64,000 nucleotides of DNA from Octopus sinensis (Eukaryota). Below are positions 49,423 to 61,400 of this stretch, one piece after another (position 1 is the stretch's first letter; every line of letters begins with the position of its first letter). The notes under the pieces were generated by a model. The model ran no database searches and had not been told where the DNA came from. It saw only the letters and a program-made list of their open reading frames with translations. Made by a program: the position numbers and the translations under genes. The stretch spans positions 34,534,001 through 34,598,000 of the forward strand of contig NC_043005.1 in the NCBI RefSeq assembly GCF_006345805.1. Direction: 5' to 3'.

Positions 49423-52400
49423 TGTGTGTGTGTGTGTGTGTATACACACACACTCAATGAATGTCCACACAATTTCTATCTGCTAAATTCACTTACAAGG
49501 CATTGGTCAGCCTAGGCGTGTAGTAGAAGACACTTGCCTAAAATGTTGTGCAGTGGAACTGAACCTGAAATCACATGGATGCAAAGTAAACTTCTTAACT
49601 GCACAGCCACGTTGTTTATAGTTTATTGCTTATTTATATTTGTTGTCGTGGGAACAAAAATATAAAAATAGCTGAATAGATGAAAGATATCTGACTGGAA
49701 AATTAGAGGCTTGTATTATCCCTAACATAAGCAGTATCTTAGATAAGGTACTAAACTCTCTTGTGTCACTTATCTCTAACACTAATATAATGAGAAATTA
49801 ATTGGAAATGATATTTATTTTGGTCAATGGAACTAAGGTGAAATCTTGTTAGATTTTATTAACTTTCAACTTTTCAGGCATTTTGAAGTTTATAAACAGA
49901 TCAAGTTAGATGAATGAGAGAGAAATATGGACAGACAGCCTTACCTGGTTACTGTAGGACTCAGTGAGGTGGGGAACAATAACTTGTACATGTCCTTTAG
50001 TCCCCATTGTACCAGATTCAAGAAGAGCACGCTGGTTGGTGACGCAACGACTAGAAGGGGAAAGGAGTCAAAATGAGAAAAACATAATTGAACACATCCA
50101 CATATACATGCTCATATACACAAACGTGCACACGCTCACACACACACATACCCAAGTTGATCATATTGACCCCATATTTTTATGACTGGTACTTATTTTA
50201 TCGAATCTATTTGTTGCACTGCTAAGTTACAGAATATAAGCAAAGAAACTGCTTTTTCATGCTGACACCAATACATATATCATTACCAGAAAAGCATAAA
50301 GTTTGCATCTAGTTCATAATTGTGCTCAACAAGTGTTTCAAGATAAACACCATCAAATGTAAAATTACATAATTATGATACATACCTAATTTAGATAAAA
50401 TCAAGTCAAATTTATTCAAAAATAATGTTTAACCAAATCATCAAGAAGGCTATGCTTTGTTGAGCACAATTCAAGTATGAATAATATGCGAAATTTATGT
50501 TTTTCTGCTAAGTACATAGCTTTTAAAAATCATTTAAGTCAATTATAAACATCCATGCAAGTTGATCCCACTTAGATTTAACAATTTGCTATTTACTGAG
50601 ATTTTAGTTACTATGGATTTATTTTTTGATGTCTATACATCAATTATCTCACTCCCTCTTTATATCATATAAAGAGGGTAATGTTCACCACTCACTACAT
50701 TCCCCTTTCTCTGCCTCTCTATTTTTCACTTGCCTTTGGCACTCTCGCAAGTTTGCTGCCTATTCATCCAATCCAATATTCTGTACCACTTCAATTATAT
50801 ACACCTCCCTGTGCCTTGAGGGTATGCTCCAACACATCCTCACCACCATTCTCTCTCTTTTCCAACTGAAGTAGCCATGCTTCTCCTTCACTGCAAGATA
50901 CCTGTTTCTGTTCCATCTACCATATTCTAACCTCTTATCACCTGGCACAAAGCCACCTCCCACAATACTACTCCTCCTCTTTGAGTGAGCATTGTCATGG
51001 AAGTTACTTGATGACCTCACAGCTGCTGGTTCCACGTAATAAGCACCTAGTACACTCTGTTAAGTGGCTGGTGTTAAGAAGAAACCAAAACAATGCCAAA
51101 GCAGAGAGTAGAGCTTGGTGCAGTCCTCTGGCTTGCCAGCTCCTGTCAAATGGTCCAATCCATGCCAGCATGGAAAAAGGATGTCTGATGATGAAGATGA
51201 TTTATACATATATGGAGTCTGGAGCAGTCTTCCAGCTTGCCAGCCCTAGTCAAACCATCAAACCCATGCCAGCATGGACAACGACCATTAAATGATGATG
51301 ATGATGATGATATGTATGCATGTATATATATATATGATATAGTAGAACCTTGCAGTATGAGTGCATCATTGTACGAGGAATTTGCTGTACAAGTTGAGGC
51401 TCGTGCAAATTTTTGTCTTGAAGTATGAGTGGAAATCCGCAGTACAAGAAAGTTTCATACAAGCTACCGCTAGTTGGTACTCACACATGCTCTCCCAACA
51501 AGCAAAGTCTTTGCTCGCTCAGTTCATGTGTATCTCATGGAAGCATCTTTGTTGTGTTTTTCCCACTGTTTTTGTTTAGTTTTGTGCGCTTTTTGCTATT
51601 ATTTTATGATAATTAGTTGTGTTAGCCAAATCCTAAGAATATAAGTGCAAAGGACAGTGCTGAGAAGAAGAAAAAGCTTATTATGATAGAATTGAAGAAG
51701 GAAATCGTTGATAAACATGGAGAGGAGTGTATATAGTGGACATAGCATGTTAATACGACTGAAGCAAGTTGATGATCTGCACCATCCTAAAGAAAAAGGA
51801 TGAGATCAAGGCCATTACGACAGCAAAGGGTGTCTCCAGGCTCTCTAAGCAACACACATCTGTCTACAAAAGGATGGAAAAATTGCTTGTGGATCAATGA
51901 GAAGCAACTTGCAGGGGATATGATTATGGAGACCATCATCTGCTAGAAAGTATGAGCACTATATGGGAATCTTCTGAAGCAGAACCCTAGAATGACAACA
52001 AAGGAGACATCAGCAGATGCATCTAAGGCCAGTTGTGGCTGGTTTGATAATTTCAGGAAGAGGACTGGTGTTCACAGTGTCATCAGATATGGAGCAGCAA
52101 CGAGTTCTGACATGAAAACAGCTGAGGATTTCATGTGTGAATTCTGTCAGCTCATCGCAGCTGAGGAGTACATTGTACAACAGGTATTCAACTGTGATGA
52201 AACTGGCCATTTTTGGCAAAAAAATGCCCAGAAGAACCTACATGACTGCAGAAGAGAAGAAAATGCCAGGCCACAAGCCTATCAAAGATAGGCTAACATT
52301 TGCCCTTTGTGCCAATGTGAGTGGAGACTTGAAAATTAAGCCACTCCGTGTCTACCATTCTGAAAACTTATGAGTGTTCAAGTTGCGCAAAATCCTGAAA

Positions 52401-55400
52401 GAGAAGCTGCAGGTCATGTGGGGGGCAAACATGGAAGCCTGGGTCACCAGGCAATTCTTCTCCAAGTGAGTCAACCTTGTCTTCAGACCAACAGTGAGAA
52501 AGTATCTTCTGGAGAACACTCTTCAACCTCAACTATGTTCCTGCTCACCCTCCTAACCTTGAAGATGATGTCTTGGATGAATTTAAATTTATAAAAGTTA
52601 TGTACCTTTCATGCAACACCACCACTATCTTGCAGCCCATGGACCAACAGGTAATTTCTAATTTTAAGAAATCGTACACCAAACACCTGTTTCTTCAGTG
52701 CTTTAAAGTCACCGAAAATACAAATCTAACCCTTCAGGAGTTTTGAAAGGAGTACTACAACATTGTAAAATCATTGATATGACCTGGCAGTATAGCAGAG
52801 GACAGTGTAATGGAGAATGCTATCTCTATGAGTGACATAAAGGTTGTGTTGGTAAAGTGGCGGCATGTTTCTAAATTTGTAGAAAAATATCATCCTGAAA
52901 AAGTAGCTACAAGTTATAGAGCTACTTTATTTAATGACACTGCTCTGGCACATTTATGTAACATTTTAAGAGGCAGGAAAAAGCAGACTTCTCTTGATAT
53001 GCTTGTAATGAAAACACCTGCAAGTGTAAAAAGTGAAGAAAGTGTGTCTAAAAAGCCTAAATTAAGCGAAGTGAGAGAGAAACATCAGAAATTGTTCTTG
53101 AAGTCTTAATGGAAGGAGATCCACCTTCCAAACAGTAATCCTCCTCCTCCTTGCTCTATTGTCTTCCTTACACACAAATCGTCCCATCTTTAAGGTAATT
53201 CAGTTAATAAAATCAGTTTACATATTTCTTATGCATTCTCTTTTTATAATTGTCATTTATATAATTTATATAATTTTTTATAATTATCATTTTACTTGTA
53301 GCTACACCATTTGTTTATTTTGGAGTGGTTTTGGTGGGCTGGAATGGATTAATTATATTTTAGTTAATTTCAATGGAGAAAACTGATTTGTAAAATGAGT
53401 AAATCGTAAAGCGAGCTCAGTCATAGAATGAATTAAAGTCGTACTGCAAGGTATCACTGTATACTGAGAAATGCATAAATATAGGCAACTACATCAGTAC
53501 AAGTCTATAAACAACATGAACATGATGAAAATAGATATATGGAGTTTATTTTTATGAATTAGAAAAAGTTGTCTGCCTCTCTTACCTGTCCATATAGCGC
53601 CGTGCTTCAACATTGTCTAATGCATTAACTAGAACATGTTGGTTTTCGAAGAAAGTATCAGTATAGATTGTGTGTTCTGTTTGGGGACACACTAAACAAA
53701 AATAGGAAAAATGAAAATGTAAGAAAAAAGGTTTTGTATTTTATTTATCAGAAAAAATATTTCAATGTAATAAAGGTAAAATATAAAAGATAAAGATGAA
53801 AGGTAAGAATAAGGTATACCTTTAATGATAGCTTATAATGACGGTATAGGGCAAATAATTTCAGGGAGATAATTATGTTGATTGTATTGAACTTGATACA
53901 CAACATTGAGAACATCAGATGATAAAATTAATTAGGGAAAACTAAAGTGTACACACACACACAGTTTTGGAAGTATTACCAAGGGTTTATTTGAGAAATT
54001 TCCTTAGAGTTTTTCTAAACCTTTGATAAGAGTTTTCATTTCTTATACTAAATCTAAATTACAGCCTCCACGTGTATTTATTCAGTTTAAAAGCTTATCT
54101 GTGATATCATGCTTTAATACTTGGTATTTGTAGGCACTGAGTTTTAATAACAGTCATAAAGATTGGTGCTGACTTCATTGTTTTGTAACAATGTTAAGAC
54201 TTGAAAGGTATGGCAGTTTGTCAGGTACATTTTACAGCAGGCCAGGCCAATTTGAATTACATTGCAGGTCACTTTAATCACAGAAAGGTTTTGAGAGCCG
54301 CTTGTATAATAACAGAATTGAAAGCATTTTGCTTTCTCATGCTATTATTACAATAATGAATGAACGATTGTTAATTCAATATGAAATATTATCATTGCAA
54401 AAACAATATTCTTTTATTTGTTTAAGTCATTTGACTCTGACCATCCTGGAGCACTGCCTTTAGTCGAACAACTCGACCCTAGGACTTATTCTTTGTTAGC
54501 CTAGTACTTATTCTATCGGTCTCTTTTGCTGAACCACTAAATTATGGGTACGTAAACACACCAACATTAGTTGTCAAGCAATGATTTGGGAGTGGGGAAC
54601 AAACACAGACACACAAACATTCACACATATATATACGATGGGCTTCTTTCAGTTTCAGTCTACCAAATCCACTCACAAGGCTTTGGTCAGCCTGAGGCTA
54701 TAATAGAAAACACTTGCCCAAGGTACTATGCAGTGGGACTGAACTTGGAACCATGTGGCTGGTAGGCAAGCCACACAGCCACTCCTGTGCCTAGTAGTAT
54801 CATTCTTTTTTTACTTTTCATTACAATCCTTAATTTTTGATAAATTTTAAAAAATATTTGTTTAAATAAACCTGTTTCAAGAAAGTATCAAGCGAGCCAC
54901 AAGATAGTTGCCTGTGAGCTGCAGGCCTTAGGTTGACCAGCCCTGCTTTAGAGTGAAAGTCACCATATATATATATATATATAAGGTGTATTCCATTAGG
55001 AATGTAGTAGAGTACAAAATAGAGCTCATTCACCCTTAGAATTACCAAATAACATGTAGTATTATGGTAAACTTCCGAATTTAGGTTTAGGCATTCATCA
55101 CGTGTGAAAATAAAACTGAAAAAATAGAATCAACAACGAGTATGGTTAGATAGCTATTTAATAAACACTACACAGGTTTTGATACAACATAGATCCACAT
55201 ATACACAAGATATAAAGTAAGCAACTTACACAAGATTTAAAGTAAGTATCATCTGAGAAGATACATCTGGATCCCATTATACAGGTAAACCATTGCTTAC
55301 TTAAAATCTTGAGTATATGTGGATCTATGTTGTATCGAAACATGTGTAGTGTTTATTAAAAAGCTGTCTAACTTTACTCCTTCTTGTTGACTCTATTTTT

Positions 55401-58400
55401 TTCACTTTTTCAATTTTATACATATATATAAATAGATATATAGATATATATCATTCAACCCATGCCAACATAGAAAGAGGACATTAATTGATGATGATGA
55501 TAATATATATACAAACTATAGAAACTCTGTGTGTGTGTGTGTGTCACCATCATCATCATCCATCTTGTCTCTTGTACTGGAAATGACAATATCTGACAAG
55601 TCAGAAGGCTGTGCTAAGCTCCAATGCCTGTTTGTCATTAGTTTTTATAGTTGGATGCCCCTTCCTAAGGCAAAATACTTTGAAAGTGTACAGAATGCAT
55701 ATTTTCATAGCACCAGCACTAGTAAGATTGCCATGCAGTCTGCAAAACTAAAAAACCCTTAAAACACACATACACACATGTAATCATTGAAATCAAATCA
55801 AAGAATTATATATTCTTTACCTTTATTTTGATGTGCATCAATTTTAAGAGCTGAAATTACAAAAAATTGGAATCAATGAAGCATTTTCAGATGATTTATT
55901 TTAAGAAAAATATTGTCAATGGCTGTACCTGTCAGTCACATCCATACACACACAGGAATAACACATACAACAACAATGCTGTCATTAGCTGTGAACATCC
56001 AATGGGTCTGCCTGTGGTTCACTATATTTCCATTAGTGAAAATGATCAAAGACTGTTTGTGCAACATGGGCAGAATAAAATATCACAAAATAATTTTGTT
56101 TGACATACTGGTTTAGTGTTTTTTTTTACCAATGTGCATATCATTCACTGACATACACGGCAATATATATGTGTATACATATACAAAAAGCTTCTTTACA
56201 GTTTCCATTTACCTAATTACACTCATAAAGCATTATTGAACCCAAAACTATGGTTGAAGTTTTGCTGCACTGTGTGAATGAACTTGAAACTGTGTAGTTA
56301 CAAAATGAGCTTCTTAACCACACAGCCATGCTTGTACTTGAAGCAAGAATATTTCAAAGATATCTCTGCCTAAAGAGATAAACAGCTCATATTTTATTGA
56401 AATAGCTTCCATGTTACTAGGCTTTACATAAATAGCATTTGTTAAAAATTTGTAAGATTCAAGAAATAAGTTGACAAGTATTGTCAGAACCAAAACTAAG
56501 AATGAATCCATGGCTTCACATCCCATGTGAAATGTTAAGAACTCACCGGGGTTTATCTCTAAGACAGAATTGGCTGCTGTTGTACTCTTAGGATGCTACA
56601 GGAGAAAATGGTAAAAGAAATATTTAGAATTAGCAGTTTTAGTTGAAAATTGTAAAACAGCAAAAGAAATTGTCAAGATATACTACTGAAAACCAGTGAC
56701 TTACTCTAATATGCTGAGGTCGGAACAGAAACTGTCGATTTAAGTTTGATTTTTCAATCAAATCATTATCTGTGATAGTAATCTGCAACATGAAAAATTA
56801 AGATTAAGATCAGAGATTAATTCTTCAACTGTTTTTGCTTTTGTTTTAAGTATGCTTTTATCTTAGTGACATTTATTAAGATAAGTTTAGCTTTCTCAGG
56901 CTTCATTCCTTATAAAATGAAACATCTTGTGTATGCTACCAACTACAAAAGTGGCTGTGAGACTAAAATTTACATCACTTCTGTGACTTGATTAGAAGAG
57001 TTAATTAACACTGAGGAATTTAGAATTAAATTTTCAGTCTTAGTTTAATTCAAAGTTGGAAACAATTTTCCTTTTCATCTCTTTGAAATGGCTAACAATG
57101 CATCAATGATACACCGTATCCACCTGAGACTACTCCTAGGTATGTGATAGAAACCTCAAAAATTTCATGCTAACTTATGTTCTAAACACCTGCTTAATAA
57201 TGATAGTTATTTTACTAAATCTTCATTATTTTCAAGATTTATTAAAACAAAGACATGACTGAAACATGGTAATGAAAGATCAGGTGAACTTTGGGATTTG
57301 TTCTATACATAGAATTGAGAGGTTTTAGTTGCATGTATGATAGGCTCAATACAGTTCCATTTACCAAATTTTACAAAAAAAAGCAATAGGTCAAGCCAGA
57401 ATAGAAGACACTTGCCCCAGGTTGGCACCTGGTGGGATCAAACCCAGATCTATATAGTTGTGAAGTAAGCTTACTAACCACATAACCACCAACTATCACA
57501 CATAAACTGATGTGTCTGTCCTATTGCTACTAAAGGATACTGATTTTTAGTGGTGAGCAGGTCATTGTTTTAAACCACCCAGTCAACACAACATGACAAC
57601 AAGCAAATAATTTACATGGTGTCAGAATAAATAATAATGTGTGTGTGTGTTTAATGCATGTTTATATGTCACTGTTCTTCAAAGTGGAGGAATATATAGT
57701 CATTGTACAAACCAAACCATCTCCTTGAGTCGCTAAACCAAGCAAAGCAAAGTTTTTCAACATTTCACACCCAATGGCTCCACATCCAACCTAAAAAAAA
57801 TTAAATGGCCAGACATTAGTAAATAACATAACTAGCACTGAATCACTAGATAATGATCATATTGAACAGATGATGATGATGATGATGGTGATAATGAGGT
57901 GTGGGGGAATGATTAGTACAATTGACTCTGGTGGGATTTCAACTCAAAATGTAAAAATTTGAAACAAATACTACAAGGCACTTGGATGCTGTAATAATTC
58001 TGCCAATCCACTGCCCTGAACCATAGCCATAATAACAGCAAAAATAATAGCAATAGTTTATCATTTAGGCACAAGGTCAGCACTTTTAAGGGGAGGGGAT
58101 CAGTCACTACCATCAGCACTAGAGTTTGACTGGTACTTTATTTCATTGACAGGATTTGAAATCAGAAAGTAAGGAGCCAGAACAATAGCTGCAAAGCATT
58201 TCTTCAAACACTCTAACAACATCTACAACAGCAATAATAATAATAATAACAATAATAATAATAATAATCCTCTCGACTACAGGGACAAAGTCTGAAAATT
58301 TTGGGGAGGGAGATAGTTAATTACATCAACCCCAGTACTTTTTTCAGTGATCCCCGAAAGGATGAAAGGCAAAACTGACCTCAGCAGAAATTAGTAATAG

Positions 58401-61400
58401 CAACAGCAATAGCAATAACGATGACGATGATGATAATAATAATAATAATAATAAGGGTCGACTACAAAAAGGCGTTTGAGGATCGACTACAAAAAGGCGT
58501 TTAAGGATCAACTACAAAAAGGCGTTTAAGGATCGACTACAAAAAGGTGTTTGATAGCATCCCCCACACATGGATCCTCGAAACACTAGCCATTAACAAA
58601 GTAGCACTAACAATTATAAAATTCATAGGACACTCTATGAATAAATGGCAAACAGTCCTACACCTCCAAACAAAAGAGGGACTCATGAAAACCAAAGCCA
58701 TCCCCATAAGAAGAGGAATATTCCAGGGAGACACGCTCTCTCCACTCCTTTTCTGTTTGGCACTGTCACCTCTATCTGATATGCTAAATAGAACTGGATG
58801 CGGATATAAATGTTATGGCAAAACGATCAGCCACCTTTTATATATGGATGACCTAAAACTATAAGCTGCAAATGACAAACAGCTGGAAACACTATTAAAG
58901 ACAGTTCATGGATTTATCAAAGAAATAGATATGAAATTTGGATTAGAGAAATGCGCCAAAGTAACCCTGAAAAGAGGAAAACTAGTTAAGAGTAGCAACA
59001 TCACACTAGATAAAACCAATGAAATAAAAGAATTAGACCAAAGCCAAACTTACAAATACTTAGGAATCCATGAACTAGATAAGACACAACACACACAAAT
59101 GAAAGAGAAAATAAAAAAAGAATATTATAGATGAGTTAGATCAATGCTAAAAACAAGATAATAGGTATTAACACTTTAGCTGTCCCAGTTATAAGTTACA
59201 GCTACAATATCCTTAACTGGACACTAAATGAACTGACCAAAATAGATAGGAAAACAAGAAAAATAATGACAGGATCTAGGATGCATCACCCAAAATCTGA
59301 CATATAAAGACTATATATACAACGTATAGAAGGTGGTAGAGGCCTTATACAGCTGGAAAACTACTATAAAATAACTACCACAGGACTGCAAAAATATCTA
59401 CTTCAGAAGGAAGGAAAACTGATACAAATAGCGGCAAAACACGAGCAAAACAAAAAACTGTTCTCAGTATTTAAGGAAGCTGACAAATACAAACAAGAAA
59501 TCATACCACCTAATAAATATGAAGAAGAAGAAGAAACAACAAAAGCTATAAAACAAATGAAATCCAAACTAAAACTAGAACAGTAAAGAACCATGATAAA
59601 ACGATGGCAAGAAAAGCCCCTTCATGGTAAATACTGGACTAAACTAAATGCAAAAGAAATAGACAAAGAAAAATCCCAGCAATGGTTGAGAAGCTCAGGA
59701 CTCAAAGCAGAGACAGAAGGGTTTTTAATTGCAGCACAAGACCAAAGCCTCCCCACCAGAAATTACCAAAAACATGTAATGAAAAGAAATATAACAAGTA
59801 ACTGCAGAATATGTGGAGATGGACAAGAAACAATAAATCATATTATCTCTGGCTGCCCAGTCCTGGCTAAGAAGGAATATATTCACAGACATGACAGAGT
59901 TGGAACCTACATACACTGGAAGCTATGCCAACATTATGGAATAACAACAGAAAGAAGATGGTATAGGCACACACCAGAAAAGGTCACAGAAAACGAGAAA
60001 GCAACCATACTCTGGGATATGCCGATACACACAGATAGAGAAATTAAGGCCAACAGACCAGATATAGTTGTCAGAGATCATGAAGAAAAAAGATGCTTTC
60101 TAATTGATGTATCAATACCGGCAGATGACAAAGTGTCTCTAAAAGAAATGGAGAAACTTTCAAAATACAAAGACCTGGAAATAGAGGTAACCAGAATGTG
60201 GAATCTAAAAACAGAAACAATTCCTATCATAATAGGTGCATTAGGCATGATAAAAAAATATTCAGACAAATACATAACAAAAACACCAGGACTTACAAAC
60301 ACATATAACATACAGAAAATTGCACTACTAGGCACTGCACACATCCTACGCAGAACACTTTCCATACAATAACCATCAGAGCTTCACAACAAATCACAGC
60401 ACATACCCAAGGCACACAGAGCTGCGCTCGGTTAAAGTGAAAGCACGCTATAAAAATAAAACTACTGAATAATAATAATAATAATGATGATGATGATAAT
60501 ACTCTGATGCCATACCAGGCAGTAGCTCTCATGGCTTCTGGTCTTAACTGATTGTAAGTGTTCACATGTACATGTTTTGTCTTGGTGTAAAAGATGGGTC
60601 ACAGCAAATATTCTGCTCAATACCACAGATTTGTTTGTCAGTTGCTTGATCTTCACCAGCTGAGCATGTCCCTTAGTGGCTGACAATATGTGCATCTCTA
60701 ATTACAAGCAATAGTTGGGGAGTATCATAGCCATGTGTTGAGAGGAATTCTTTGGGGTTTGAATAATTCACCCCTGGAAACAGTATTGTTTCTTTCATCA
60801 TCCTTAAATAAACATATCATGCACATATGGTTGTGATGTATGTGCCTGGTGTACCCTTATCAGACAGGTAGTCATGATGGATATATTGGGTTTCATGTAT
60901 TGGTACCCCACGGTCACTTAGATAGCATGTGCTACTCTTTCACTCAACAATAATAATAATAAAAATAATTACAGTCATGAAGAAGTTTATAATATGTGTT
61001 AAAGTCATTTACATTAAATTACTCACCATAAACAAATGGATGTTCCTAAGTTTATATAAGGTGTTTTCTCCAATGCACAGTCTTAACAAATCATAACGGT
61101 CATTCCTTGAAGAGAACAAGCATCAACACATTTTTATAAAGAGAAAGAAACATTAATGGGTAATGTTTTACAACAGACTTAAACTTTTAACACAAAGGAA
61201 TCCCTTTCTTCTACTGTTAGGGAAGATTCAAAATGAAAAGTATTGATTTCTTGATCAAATTAACGACTTGGAGTAGTAATGGGCTGTGCAAATAGAGGAG
61301 TTCATACATTGATGCAGCTCAATCTGTTTAATATAGGACTTGAGTCTCTCTCAATAAACTTCCTGATCATTTTTCAAACAAAGATCACAACATGTTATAT

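Noticed and set aside
51992-53109. Domesticated TIGD/CENP-B-like gene
   Set aside because: Multiple stops and frameshifts with TIRs and TA TSDs still present: a dead Tigger copy.
58455-58554. CRISPR-like array of 25-bp repeats
   Set aside because: No spacers; the unit is LINE RT coding sequence in a eukaryotic intron.
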